NCBI GenBank assembly: GCA_020348985.1
Contig: CP070761.1
Location: forward strand, 1,127,093-1,191,092
Reading direction: 5' to 3'
DNA from: Candidatus Thorarchaeota archaeon
Lineage (GTDB): Archaea > Asgardarchaeota > Thorarchaeia > Thorarchaeales > Thorarchaeaceae
DNA: 64,000 nucleotides
Part shown: one piece after another, positions 8,917-19,454 of the stretch
How the letters are laid out: every line of letters begins with the position of its first letter
Position numbering within the stretch: the stretch's first letter is position 1
Program-made: the position numbers and the translations under genes
Notes under the pieces: generated by a model
What the model was told of the DNA's origin: nothing
Seen by the model: the letters and a program-made list of their open reading frames with translations, nothing else
The model's database searches: none

Positions 8917-9942
8917 TTGGACCTTGTTCTCATAGCATTGCTAGGCATCGGTTTCATTGTGGGTGCGGCAGTAGGTTCTAATGACGAAACTTGGAGTCCT
9001 GCTGTTGGTGCTCACATTCTCACTGTCACTGCGGCGGTGGCTATTGGTGCAATCATCAATTTTGTAGGAGCTGTCTCTCTGGGCGGGGGCGTATCTAACA
9101 AAGTAGGTGGTGAGCTAGTCAACTACACTCCAATGACCAATGAAATGGTATTCGCCATACTCATCTCAATGGCAATATGGCTTCTTGTTGCCTCGGCGAC
9201 GAAAGGACTTCCGATAAGCACAACTCAATGTATCGTAGGCGCCGTCATGGGAATTGCAGCATATGCAGCCTTCTTAGGAATGACAGGTTGGGGTGCTGAT
9301 ACGATAAACTGGGGCATTGTGATTGAGATCTTTGCTGGCTGGATAGTCTCTCCGATAATCGGATTCTTCATTGCAGGTGTAGTGTACTTGGGGGTCAGGC
9401 GTTTTCAGAGAAGAGCCCAAGGATTTACGGGCAGGGAGAGGCAAGAACAGATAGCAGGGTGGGGTCTGGTAATATTCCTCCTCATTACATCATTGAGCAG
9501 GGGAGGCAACGATGTCGCCAATGCAGTAGCTCCCCTAGTGGTCATGCCAATGTTTCAAGCCCCCGTTGTCATTAATGGACTAGTCCTTCCCGGATACATT
9601 GTCCCATTGATCGCTGGTGGTCTAGGAATGGCAATGGGTCTGATTGTAGTGGGAAGAAAAGTGATCAAAACCCTGGCCACCGAAGTTGTGACTCTTTCAC
9701 CTTCTTCAGCACTTTCCGCTAGCGTGTCTGTATCACTAGTCATGTTTGTTGGCACCTATTTTGGTTTCCCCCTGAGCGGAACCCATGTTCTAGTCGCTGC
9801 TCTCATTGCAGTAGGATTTGTAGCAAAGACAGATGTCAGTTCAAAACAGGTGAAGAACATCATCATCTCGTGGATTATCACAGTTCCAATCTCTGCAGTC
9901 TTGGCAATAGCCATATTCGCAGGGATGCTGTTCATAATCTAA
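8917..9942 (+). CDS. Inorganic phosphate transporter, PiT family
   Basis: GSND and GGNDVANA signature motifs; PISTTQ, PLSGTH. Confidence 0.9.
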   Translation: MDLVLIALLGIGFIVGAAVGSNDETWSPAVGAHILTVTAAVAIGAIINFVGAVSLGGGVSNKVGGELVNYTPMTNEMVFAILISMAIWLLVASATKGLPISTTQCIVGAVMGIAAYAAFLGMTGWGADTINWGIVIEIFAGWIVSPIIGFFIAGVVYLGVRRFQRRAQGFTGRERQEQIAGWGLVIFLLITSLSRGGNDVANAVAPLVVMPMFQAPVVINGLVLPGYIVPLIAGGLGMAMGLIVVGRKVIKTLATEVVTLSPSSALSASVSVSLVMFVGTYFGFPLSGTHVLVAALIAVGFVAKTDVSSKQVKNIIISWIITVPISAVLAIAIFAGMLFII

Positions 9943-9945
9943 GGC

Positions 9946-10698
9946 CTAGTCGACGCTTATCTTGGCAGCTTCGTGCATTCTGTGAATCAGAATGTAGTCT
10001 TTCGCCAAAGACCCAAGTTCTTTTGCCTCTTCCTCTGTAAGGTGAACTCTATGACCTGCCAAAGGAGCCACATTCCGAGTCGCTTCTATTATTGCCAAAT
10101 CCGCAGCTAGTACCAGATTCTGTGCTCCTTCTGATATTCTTGTGTCGCCAGTGAACGCAATCACGGTTTCGCCAACTTGAATCTTGTATCCAACTGCAGG
10201 CATGAGTAAGTCCTTGGCGGGGTCAGGATTCTCAAGACCAAAGTGCTCCACGTCATGCACATTGATTTTGAAGAAGTCGGAGTCAAATCCAACCCCATCT
10301 CTCACTTCTTGTACTCGGATTCCAAACTTCGTTGTTGGTCGGTAGACCTCTCTGAAGCTCTTGACCATCTTCAAGACTTCATCACAGCCTGCCGGGACCA
10401 GGATGTCGAGTGATGATGTCCTACCAAGCATCCGCATGAAACCCAGCAAGCTGTGAAGGCCCCCCATGTGATCGAAATGACCGTGAGTTATGCAGACCAT
10501 GTCGATTTCTTCGACAAAGTCTGTACCTAGAAGAGCTAGGAGATCTCTCAGAACACCGTCCCCAACGTCTGCTAGAAGGTATTTGCCAGTGAACTTGGAC
10601 GAGACAACAACAGTAGTGCTCACTCCTGCTACGCTATAGGGCACGTCCACTCTTACCTCATCGTTCTCCCAACTAGCGGAATAGTTCTCATCAGTCAT
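9946..10698 (-). CDS. MBL-fold metallo-hydrolase (RNase Z-like)
   Basis: THGHFDHMGG, FTGDT, IIEAT, HLT. Confidence 0.8.
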   Translation of the reverse strand: MTDENYSASWENDEVRVDVPYSVAGVSTTVVVSSKFTGKYLLADVGDGVLRDLLALLGTDFVEEIDMVCITHGHFDHMGGLHSLLGFMRMLGRTSSLDILVPAGCDEVLKMVKSFREVYRPTTKFGIRVQEVRDGVGFDSDFFKINVHDVEHFGLENPDPAKDLLMPAVGYKIQVGETVIAFTGDTRISEGAQNLVLAADLAIIEATRNVAPLAGHRVHLTEEEAKELGSLAKDYILIHRMHEAAKISVD

Positions 10699-10772
10699 AT
10701 TCGTCACCAAGTGGGTTTTAGATACCAGTTCAACAAAAGCCTGCCGAGTGTGTATGCCTCAACAATCGTCCT

Positions 10773-11204
10773 TTAGGTGAGGCCTCTAAGCAATACTGCA
10801 TCATCAGCGTGCTCAGATGCCAGATCCTCGAACTCGTATGATGCCTCTGGAAGAAAAGAGATCTTTGAGGCTGCTGCGGTAAAGAATTCCTTTAGGGTAT
10901 CCTGAACAGCGGCAGCAATTCCAATCAATGCAGAATCGTCTGCTTCAGGGGAGGCACCAGTCTTCAAAGGGAAGTCGTCACTATCCAATCCGGTAATGGG
11001 CTCAAGTATCATCTCAGTGACGTTTTCCCTGCGGACTCTCATCAAGTTCCGAATCCGTCTTTGTCCCTTCAGCATGATATCTTCGAAAACTGCCCTCGCA
11101 TCCTGTCTAACAACTCTGTCAACTATTTCTTCGAAGAAAGCGCTCGACCTCTGTTCAATGTCAAGCGCATAACTGAGCACTGCTCCGAAAGTTCCAAGCT
11201 CCAT
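10773..11204 (-). CDS. Ferritin-like/rubrerythrin-family protein
   Basis: FGAVLSYALDIEQRS..; LASEH four-helix pattern. Confidence 0.55.
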   Translation of the reverse strand: MELGTFGAVLSYALDIEQRSSAFFEEIVDRVVRQDARAVFEDIMLKGQRRIRNLMRVRRENVTEMILEPITGLDSDDFPLKTGASPEADDSALIGIAAAVQDTLKEFFTAAASKISFLPEASYEFEDLASEHADDAVLLRGLT

Positions 11205-11397
11205 TTAGTCACCAGGCTTCCTTGCTCGGCCTGTTTCATCATTGCATATATCCCTGATGATTGCTCTATTGAACGAAAGCCCCTGGTAACTAGCTAAAAT
11301 CCAGAATTGTAACCTTCTTCAATTCCCAATCCTAGAGCATCGAGTTGGTGGCCCATATCATACTGCTTATTTTCTATTCAATATGCTCTGAATAATC

Positions 11398-12255
11398 ATG
11401 AGTCCCATTGAGTTGTCAAGGGATACGATAGTGCGGATTTCAGTCTTCATTGTAATCTACACACTATTTGGGCTGCTTATTCCAATTCAGGGATATGTTT
11501 CCATAAGTTTTGCAATTGGGACATTGATTACAGCTGTCCTCTATGGCTTTGCTTTGTACTACATGAACACAAACATCCCATTGGGAAGAAAAGCCCGGAT
11601 ATTGATAACATGGATTGCTGTCTATGTAATTCAGATGCTAAATCCAGTTCTAGAGGGCATCTTTTTCACAACTCAATTTGAGGGGCAACCAGAGTTAGCA
11701 TTTGGAGCGGTTGTATTTGGACTCGTTCTTACTCTACCCACAGCTCTAGTATCAGGAGTTCTGTTCAGTCCAACGGGAGAGGTCACAAGCTTTGATCAAC
11801 TTAGAAAGAAATACTTCATCGAATGGACTTCCTCACAGTTTGCAGTACGGTTCATTATCGCATCTATGCTGTGGCTAGTCATATACTACACAATTGGAAC
11901 TATCATTGCACCATTGGTACTTCCCTATTATACTGATGGAGGTGTAGGCTACGACTTGACACTGCCTGCGGCTGAGATTGTAATACTTCTTCAGACCGTT
12001 CGAGGATTCATCTATGTCCTCAGTGTTTTCCCGATTGTCATCTCGGTGAAGCTAGATAAGAAACCGCTTGCAATCATATTGGTTGCACTTCTCTACATCG
12101 CAGGCGCGCTGGCCGTCTTTGTCATATCTGAGCAATTTCCAGTCTACCTACGATTTGTTCATGGAATTGAATTGTTTGTTGATTCATTGATTGCGGGTAC
12201 AGTGATCTCCTTTATTCTAGGGAAATCTGACAAATCAATCCAAATCATCGATTGA
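11398..12255 (+). CDS. Hypothetical 8-TM membrane protein
   Basis: Long hydrophobic ORF with two similar halves. Confidence 0.65.
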   Translation: MSPIELSRDTIVRISVFIVIYTLFGLLIPIQGYVSISFAIGTLITAVLYGFALYYMNTNIPLGRKARILITWIAVYVIQMLNPVLEGIFFTTQFEGQPELAFGAVVFGLVLTLPTALVSGVLFSPTGEVTSFDQLRKKYFIEWTSSQFAVRFIIASMLWLVIYYTIGTIIAPLVLPYYTDGGVGYDLTLPAAEIVILLQTVRGFIYVLSVFPIVISVKLDKKPLAIILVALLYIAGALAVFVISEQFPVYLRFVHGIELFVDSLIAGTVISFILGKSDKSIQIID

Positions 12256-12406
12256 GAGCAGTTTTCGGACCCTGAGCTATCAGTGATCTTCATCAGTTTC
12301 AGAGCCTTCTCTTCTATGTTGTTTATTGAAATGAGTATCAAGCGCAGCCATCCCAAGGGCCCAACTAGAATAGTAGGGTGGGTGGGCGGAGACTCCCACA
12401 ACTTCG

Positions 12407-13870
12407 TCAGAACCACCTACTAATCACAACTTTCGACTCGCAGAAGAAATCGACTGCATCCTGTCCCTGACCATGAAGGTCTCCGAAAAATGAGTCCTTC
12501 ATTCCTGAGAATGGAAACGTGGCTATCGGTGCTGCAACTCCAATATTGATACCGATGTTTCCGGCCTTCACGCGGTACTGGTACTCTCTTGCAGTCTTCC
12601 CACTTGAAGTGAAAACTGAGGACGCATTTCCGTACCGGTTTGCGTGGATAATGTCAATGGCCTCATCCAAATCCTTGACCTGAATGATGTTGATTACTGG
12701 TCCGAAGATTTCCTCCTGGGCTATGTACATCTCCGGAGTGACCTTGTCAAAGATACATGGTCCAACGAAGTAGCCACTAGGATGTTCGGGAACCTCGATG
12801 CCACGACCATCAACGATTAGGTCTGCACCTTCCTTCAGGCCTTCATCGATGCACTTGAGCACATGTTCCATCCCGCCTTTGGATGCCAGAGGCCCCATTT
12901 GCACACCCTCTTCTAGACCGTTCCCAACCTTCAGTCTTTTTGCACCTTCAACTAGAGCCTGCTTGAGTGGCTCATGGATGTCGCCAACTGCCAGAATAAC
13001 CCCTCCTGCAAGACATCTCTGACCTGTGCAGCCGTAGAAGGAAGTCAGAAGGGCGGCTACTGTGCTCTCTAGATTGCAGTCAGGCATAACGGTTAGGAAG
13101 TTCTTTGCTCCTGACTGTGACTGCGCCCTCTTGCCTTGCTCAGCGCATTTCTGGTAGAGAAGCTTTCCAACTCGAGTAGAACCCACAAAGGACATGCCAA
13201 CCGTGTCAGGGCTCTCGATCATTGCATTTACTACTTCGGAACCGCCGTGAACAAGGTTCAGGACACCCTTTGGAAGACCGAGTTCGTCGATTATCTCAAA
13301 CTGCTTCACCTGACTCAACGGGACCTGCGGCGAGGGCTTCACAATGTACGTGTTACCAGTACCAACTGCAAAAGGCCAGAACCATGTCGGCACCATTCCT
13401 GGGAAATTGAATGGTGCAACGCAGAAGAATACGCCAAGTGGCTGCTTGATTACCATTTCATCGATTCCCGCAGCAATATCCTCAGTGTTGTATCCCATCT
13501 GAAGTGAAGGGATACTTGTTGCGCATTCAATATTCTCAATCGTCCTTCGGTACTCACCGCGCGCTTCGTCGATGATCTTCCCCTGCTCCATGGTAAGTAT
13601 CTTCGACAGCTCCTCGAAATTGTCTTCGAAGGCAGCGCGTATTCTGTTTAGATGTCTAACACGCGTAAAGACAGGTGTCCTTCTCCACCGTTCAAATGCG
13701 GCCTTAGCGGCTGCTATTGCAGCTTCAGCTTCTTCAGCAGTAGACATGGGGGTCTTCGCAATGACTTCGCCGGTTGCAGGATTGAAAACATCTTGGGTCT
13801 TCTTGGACTTTGATTCAACCCAGCGCCCATTGATGTAGTTTTTCACAACTTCTACGGTCACTATGGTCAC
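12407..13870 (-). CDS. mmsA: CoA-acylating (methyl)malonate-semialdehyde dehydrogenase
   Basis: APFNFPGMVP, SFVGST, GAKN, GQRCLA, EEIFGPV, SFFGDLHGQG. Confidence 0.9.
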   Translation of the reverse strand: MTIVTVEVVKNYINGRWVESKSKKTQDVFNPATGEVIAKTPMSTAEEAEAAIAAAKAAFERWRRTPVFTRVRHLNRIRAAFEDNFEELSKILTMEQGKIIDEARGEYRRTIENIECATSIPSLQMGYNTEDIAAGIDEMVIKQPLGVFFCVAPFNFPGMVPTWFWPFAVGTGNTYIVKPSPQVPLSQVKQFEIIDELGLPKGVLNLVHGGSEVVNAMIESPDTVGMSFVGSTRVGKLLYQKCAEQGKRAQSQSGAKNFLTVMPDCNLESTVAALLTSFYGCTGQRCLAGGVILAVGDIHEPLKQALVEGAKRLKVGNGLEEGVQMGPLASKGGMEHVLKCIDEGLKEGADLIVDGRGIEVPEHPSGYFVGPCIFDKVTPEMYIAQEEIFGPVINIIQVKDLDEAIDIIHANRYGNASSVFTSSGKTAREYQYRVKAGNIGINIGVAAPIATFPFSGMKDSFFGDLHGQGQDAVDFFCESKVVISRWF

Positions 13871-13939
13871 TTCCGTTGAGGGAGAAGTGCTTCAGTGGTG
13901 CAGCTATTTGATTCTTATGCACTGTCAGGCTGCAACGTT

Positions 13940-15148
13940 TCATGATGTATGAACAAACTGGACAGCGTTGTCATCACAGACAATGGCGCACAGCCCGCAT
14001 CCATCGCATTTCTCTGGATTGACAGTGGCAGTCCCATCTCTAATCTGAATGGCAACGTAGCCTCCATCGGCGCACGCAACTACACACTTCTTGCACGCGG
14101 TGCAGAGGTCACTTGAGACCTCAGCGACAACTGGGGAGAGCTTGGATAACGCCTCCCATGTGATGATCTTGGGCAGCGCTTTACCCACGATTTCTTCCAG
14201 TGTTGAGTAACCCTTGCGGTCCATGAACGAACTGAGATCTGATGTCATGCCTTTGATAATGCCAAACCCATACCACATGGCTGCCGTGCAAACCTGAAGC
14301 GTCTTGGCACCGGCCATTAGATACTCTGTGGCACTACGCCAGTCTTCGATTCCGCCGATGCCGGAGATGGGAATCTTTGGAAATGCACGTGCTATCTGTG
14401 AAACAAAGCGCAGACCTATTGGTCGAATTGCAGGACCGCAGAACCCTCCATAGGTGCTGAGCTGCTCTTTCGGGTCAGCTCCATAAGCAATTGGATGCGG
14501 CGTTGCTGTCTCAACATCGATCCCCACCAATGACTCCACAGTATTAATCGCAGCTAGAGCATCGGCACCTCCATTCACCGCCGCTTCGGCTATAGGAACC
14601 ATATCGGTGACGTTTGGTGTAAGCTTGACCATCACAGGGAGATTGGTGCCCTTCTTTGCTCCACGTGTTACGGTTTCGACTAAGTCAGCGTTTTGACCAA
14701 TGGCAGCTCCCATATGACGTTCTGGTGATCCATGAGGGCAAGAGACATTCAGCTCAATTGCGTCCACTCCTGCATTTGTCATCTTCTTGGCCAAAGAGGT
14801 CCATCCTTCTGGTGCAGGGTCACTCATTATACTAGCAACTATGACAAAATCTTCTGGTGCTTCTTTCTTGATCTTGGGGAGCCAATCGTCAGTCCAAGTT
14901 TCCAGTGAAGCCCTAGAGATTAGCTCAATGTTGTTCATTCCAATCAAGTCTGGTCCCTTTCGCAGAGCGCCAAGCCGTGTTCTCGGGTCAACAGTTGGTG
15001 TTTCTGCAACAGTCTTGATTACAGCTCCCCCCCATCCAAGTTTCGCTGCACGAACTATGTGACGTGCATCCATTGTGGGGGGAGCTGATGAAAGCAAAAA
15101 GGGATTCTTGAAGCGAATTCCCGCAAAATCAATCTCTAGCTGTTTCAT
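13940..15148 (-). CDS. preA: Dihydropyrimidine dehydrogenase PreA-type subunit (FMN TIM barrel + C-terminal 2x[4Fe-4S])
   Basis: NPFLLSSAPPT, NNIELIS, ELNVSCPHG, KLTPNVTD; CxxCxxCxxxC twice. Confidence 0.9.
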   Translation of the reverse strand: MKQLEIDFAGIRFKNPFLLSSAPPTMDARHIVRAAKLGWGGAVIKTVAETPTVDPRTRLGALRKGPDLIGMNNIELISRASLETWTDDWLPKIKKEAPEDFVIVASIMSDPAPEGWTSLAKKMTNAGVDAIELNVSCPHGSPERHMGAAIGQNADLVETVTRGAKKGTNLPVMVKLTPNVTDMVPIAEAAVNGGADALAAINTVESLVGIDVETATPHPIAYGADPKEQLSTYGGFCGPAIRPIGLRFVSQIARAFPKIPISGIGGIEDWRSATEYLMAGAKTLQVCTAAMWYGFGIIKGMTSDLSSFMDRKGYSTLEEIVGKALPKIITWEALSKLSPVVAEVSSDLCTACKKCVVACADGGYVAIQIRDGTATVNPEKCDGCGLCAIVCDDNAVQFVHTS

Positions 15149-15246
15149 TCATACTCCATCCTTTCAGCAATCAGAGGCACAAGGCAGCCTTCCCCTAAAG
15201 TCTTTAGGCCAGTGTTTGCATTCAGACTTCGCGTTTGGTGAGGATA

Positions 15247-16584
15247 ATGACAGACGATTTGGTGCCTGAAGAACTAAGAAAAGCTTACACAGACAAGGAG
15301 ATACTTGCCATAGAGAAGAAGCACCTGGTGCCCGCAGTTGGGCACTACTATGAAGACCCGATTCTGTTCGTGAAAGGAAAGGGAGCAGTCCTCGAAGACA
15401 GTGCTGGAAAAGAATACATTGACTTATTCGCAGGTATCTGCACAACCATAACAGGATATTCACATCCCAAGTTTGTTGCAACGATCAAGTGGCAAGCTGA
15501 GCAGCTTGTCTACACAAGCTCACTTTACTCAACGATTCCATACGCACTTCTCATCAAGAAACTGGCTGAGATTGCTCCGGCTGGTCTTACGCAGTCTTAC
15601 ATTGTGAACAGTGGATCTGAGGCAAATGAGCATGCGCTCTTCATGGCTAGGAAGTACAAGCAAAACCCCTATGTTGTCGCCTGTCACCATGCATATCATG
15701 GCAGGACTACATTGGCACGTGAGATAACGACAGCAGGCTGGCGCACCGTACCCGAAGCACATCCTCCTGGCGTTCGTTTTGCTCCTAACGGCTACTGTTA
15801 TCGCTGTCAATTTGGAAAGGAGTTCCCAGAGTGTGACTTTGAGTGTGCGCGCTACTTGCGGGAAATAATCCGGACTGAGACCAATAGGGCCATTGCAGCT
15901 TTCATCGCAGAGCCGATTCAGGGTGTTGGAGGCATAGTACAGCCTCCTTCCGATTACTTCAAGATAGTGCACGAGATTGTAAAGGACTTTGATGGCCTTT
16001 TCATATCAGATGAAGTCCAGACAGGTTTCGGGCGAACGGGCGAGAAATGGTGGGGCATTGAGCACTCTGGCGTGGAACCAGACGTCGTGACAATGGCCAA
16101 GGGCTTTGGAAGCGGCATTCCCATCGGGGGCTTCATGACTCGTCCCGAGATTGCAGAAGATTACACAATGACTGACAGCTTTGCTACTTTCGGTGGCAAT
16201 CCTTTGTCGTGTGCGGCGGCATTGGCTGTCATTGAAATCATAGAGGAGAGCAACTACGTCGAGAGAGCTACCAGGAATGGGGGCCACTTCAAGAAAGAAT
16301 TGGAGGCACTCAAGGAGGACCATCGCTTGATTGGTGATGTCCGCGGACAGGGCATGATGTTGGGAATAGAGCTTGTTCGAGATAGGACCACCAAGGAGCC
16401 TGCTTCTGAAGAAATGGTCAAGCTCATGGAACTCTGTAAGGAAGATGGCCTACTCATCGGTAAGGGGGGTTTTGATGGCAATGTAATCCGCCTTCAGCCA
16501 CCTCTGGAGTTGACAACAGAACAGATTGACAAAGCTTGCGAGATAATTGACAAGTCCCTTGCAGAGATTGAGAAGTCTATATGA
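15247..16584 (+). CDS. Class-III aminotransferase, probable beta-alanine:pyruvate transaminase (PydD/AGXT2-like)
   Basis: NSGSEANE, AEPIQGVGG, DEVQTGFGRTG, TMAKG; pathway context. Confidence 0.8.
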   Translation: MTDDLVPEELRKAYTDKEILAIEKKHLVPAVGHYYEDPILFVKGKGAVLEDSAGKEYIDLFAGICTTITGYSHPKFVATIKWQAEQLVYTSSLYSTIPYALLIKKLAEIAPAGLTQSYIVNSGSEANEHALFMARKYKQNPYVVACHHAYHGRTTLAREITTAGWRTVPEAHPPGVRFAPNGYCYRCQFGKEFPECDFECARYLREIIRTETNRAIAAFIAEPIQGVGGIVQPPSDYFKIVHEIVKDFDGLFISDEVQTGFGRTGEKWWGIEHSGVEPDVVTMAKGFGSGIPIGGFMTRPEIAEDYTMTDSFATFGGNPLSCAAALAVIEIIEESNYVERATRNGGHFKKELEALKEDHRLIGDVRGQGMMLGIELVRDRTTKEPASEEMVKLMELCKEDGLLIGKGGFDGNVIRLQPPLELTTEQIDKACEIIDKSLAEIEKSI

Positions 16585-16615
16585 AAGACTTGTCAGTTGA
16601 TGGATTGGCGGCCAC

Positions 16616-16942
16616 TCATATTTGGGCGGCCTTCGAAGACTGACTAGACCTCTTTCTAAGCATCTGGAAGAATGTGAGCAGTACGAAGGTAACAGCTGAC
16701 CATACAAGCAAGTCCAAGAGCAACCCGATTACCAAGAGGGTCATTGGACCAGCCCCAGGATAAACGAACTGCGCCAGCCAGGGGAATGGATATCCATACG
16801 ACGACATGCCTAGCAACGTCATATTTGGCAGAAATCCCGATACCAGAGTTATTGCAGATCCCCCAAAAAGAGAGTACGCCGCTTTCCGACTGAGTGCCAT
16901 GGATGGTGGCTGCGGAGTTTCACCAAATGTCATCGCAATCAC
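16616..16942 (-). CDS. Hypothetical small membrane protein
   Basis: Two hydrophobic segments around YGYPFPWL. Confidence 0.55.
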   Translation of the reverse strand: MIAMTFGETPQPPSMALSRKAAYSLFGGSAITLVSGFLPNMTLLGMSSYGYPFPWLAQFVYPGAGPMTLLVIGLLLDLLVWSAVTFVLLTFFQMLRKRSSQSSKAAQI

Positions 16943-17074
16943 CAGAAGTTTGCTCTATTAGTTATATCAGAAACTGAACTAACTAATTTTTCGGTGCCAG
17001 GACACTCCGCAGGTCCAGTGAGACGGCATATGGCCGTCCTGAATGGGATGGAGTCTTATTTGTGGGGCATTCGT

Positions 17075-17941
17075 CTAGAGATCAATGAGCTCATCATATG
17101 TTTCCGGTCGTCTGTCACGGTAGAATTGCCAGACATTTCGGACTTCACGAATCATATCCAGGTCGATTTCTGCAACGACCACTTCTTCCTTATCTCGAGA
17201 ACCTTGAGTGACTATCTGTCCTCGTGGATCCACTACGTAGCTTGAGCCATAGAATATCCCAGTCCCCCATGGCTCTTCACCAACTCTGTTTGTTGCACCA
17301 AGGAAGTAACCGTTTGCGACGGCATGAGCTGGTTGTTCAAGCGTCCAGAGATGTTCCGATAGGCCCGCAACGGTCGCGGACGGATTAAAGACAATCTCAG
17401 CACCATTCAGGCCCAAAGCTCGTGCCCCCTCTGGGAAGTGTCTATCATAGCAGATATACACCCCAATGTTTCCAAACTCAGTCTCAAACACTGGGTACCC
17501 AAGATTTCCGGGGCGGAAGTAGAATTTCTCCCAGAAACCGGGATCCAGATGCGGTATGTGGTTCTTTCTGTACCTTCCCAGTATAGAGCCGTCTGTCCCG
17601 AAGACTACTGCGGTATTGTAGTAGACTCCAACCTCTTCCTCCTCGTACATGGGGGCAATCAGGACCATCCCGTGCTGTTTCGCCAGTCTACCCATCCTAT
17701 CAGTCAAAGGACCAGGAATAGGTTCTGCATACTTGTACCATCGACGATCTTGCTCAGCGCAGTAGTAGGGGCCGAAGAATAGCTCTTGGAAGCAGAGAAT
17801 CTGAACGTCCTGCTGTTCGGCGACTGTAGCAAAGCCCTCATGCTTCCGAATCATCTTCTCAATGTTTTCTTCAATATCCTTCTCTGTTTCAACACTGCCT
17901 TCCCATTCAGCCTGAACTAGACCTACACGAACCTTCCTCAT
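17075..17941 (-). CDS. Beta-ureidopropionase (nitrilase superfamily)
   Basis: CFQELF, YRKNHIP, ICYDRHFPE catalytic E-K-C; FYRDRRP. Confidence 0.9.
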   Translation of the reverse strand: MRKVRVGLVQAEWEGSVETEKDIEENIEKMIRKHEGFATVAEQQDVQILCFQELFFGPYYCAEQDRRWYKYAEPIPGPLTDRMGRLAKQHGMVLIAPMYEEEEVGVYYNTAVVFGTDGSILGRYRKNHIPHLDPGFWEKFYFRPGNLGYPVFETEFGNIGVYICYDRHFPEGARALGLNGAEIVFNPSATVAGLSEHLWTLEQPAHAVANGYFLGATNRVGEEPWGTGIFYGSSYVVDPRGQIVTQGSRDKEEVVVAEIDLDMIREVRNVWQFYRDRRPETYDELIDL

Positions 17942-18061
17942 CGACTTCAACTCCGTTGAACGGTGCCTTGACCCATTTAGGAGCCGTCTATTAGGCCTTT
18001 TCCCCAGCCGCTCCCAAACCATTTATGGCAGCATTGCCTGGGGAGGAGGGAGGCCGCTCTC

Positions 18062-19453
18062 GTGACAGATTATGACATAATTATCAAGAACGGATTGGTT
18101 GTCACTGACACAGATCAGAAGGATGTTGATGTTGCTGTCAAGGATGGTAAGATTGCAGCAGTCGAAAAGAAGCTAGACGGTGGTTCAGCAACGGATGTGA
18201 TTGATGCCAAGGGAATGTACGTCTTCCCTGGCGGGATTGATGTCCACGTACACTTCCAATTGCCGTTCTCTGGAACGGTATCTGCAGACGACTTCGAGAA
18301 CGGCACAAAAGCAGCAGCTTGCGGAGGCGTAACAACCGTTCTCGACTTTGCGATTCAGACGAAGGGCGAGTCAATTATGAAAGCGGTTGAAGCACGACGT
18401 GCTGAAGCAGACCCCAACGTCTGCGTTGACTACGGACTGCACGCGGCTATTACTGATTGGAATGAGCAAACACAAGCCGAAATCAAGGAAGTAATTGATT
18501 ATGGAATTCCCACTTTCAAGATGTTCATGATCTACAAGAATGAAGGCTGGATGGCCGATGATGGAATGCTGTTCCAGGCTCTTGAAGAGACCGCGAAGCA
18601 CGGGGGGCACATTGGAGTCCATGCGGAGAGTGTCTTTGTCCTTGACATGTTGATAGAAAGATATGCTCAGGAGAAGGAGAAGTGGGGAGCCTACGGTCAT
18701 GCATTATCTAGACCATGCTATACTGAAGAGGAGGCCATTATTAGGGCTATCAAGTGGGCCGAAGTCACTGGAGGGCAGTTGTACATCGTCCACATGTCTA
18801 CTGGCGAAGGAGCAGACGCTGTGAAGGCTGCCAGAGAAAAGGGTGTTAGAGTCTTTGCCGAGACCTGTCCTCAATACCTGCTTCTGGATGATGAGGTCTT
18901 CAAAGGTGAGAATGGTCATCTGTACGCAACTTGTCCTCAAATCAAGAAACCTCATGATAGCGTTCGCCTTTGGGAGGGGCTCAAGAATGGAGAGGTACAG
19001 ATCGTTGCGACTGATACCTGTACATTCAACACAGAACAGAAGGCGGCTTGGAATGGCGATTTCACAAAGATTCCATTCGGAATGCCTGGCGTGGAGACAA
19101 TGGTTCCACTGATGCATACGGAGGGCGTTGGCAAGCATGGCCTATCGCTGAGTCAGCTAGTGGCATTGGTAAGCACAAATCCAGCTAAGCTGTTTGGCAT
19201 GTATCCCGAGAAGGGAGCCCTAGAAGTGGGCAGCGATGCGGACATAGTGGTCTTCGATCCCAAGAAGAAAGTTACAATCAAGGCTGAGAACCTTCAGACA
19301 AATTGCGACTGGAGCCCATTCGAGGACTGGAAGCTCGAGGGCTACCCGGCTACAACCATCTCGCGTGGCAAGGTTGTCGCAGAGGATGGCAAGTTTGTTG
19401 GAGAAATGGGTCACGGTCGTTTCTTGAAGAGGAAACCATACGGCAAGCTCTAG
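18062..19453 (+). CDS. hydA: Dihydropyrimidinase
   Basis: PGGIDVHVH, AACGGVTT, FKMFM, VHAE, AETCPQYL. Confidence 0.92.
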   Translation: MTDYDIIIKNGLVVTDTDQKDVDVAVKDGKIAAVEKKLDGGSATDVIDAKGMYVFPGGIDVHVHFQLPFSGTVSADDFENGTKAAACGGVTTVLDFAIQTKGESIMKAVEARRAEADPNVCVDYGLHAAITDWNEQTQAEIKEVIDYGIPTFKMFMIYKNEGWMADDGMLFQALEETAKHGGHIGVHAESVFVLDMLIERYAQEKEKWGAYGHALSRPCYTEEEAIIRAIKWAEVTGGQLYIVHMSTGEGADAVKAAREKGVRVFAETCPQYLLLDDEVFKGENGHLYATCPQIKKPHDSVRLWEGLKNGEVQIVATDTCTFNTEQKAAWNGDFTKIPFGMPGVETMVPLMHTEGVGKHGLSLSQLVALVSTNPAKLFGMYPEKGALEVGSDADIVVFDPKKKVTIKAENLQTNCDWSPFEDWKLEGYPATTISRGKVVAEDGKFVGEMGHGRFLKRKPYGKL

Positions 19454-19454
19454 G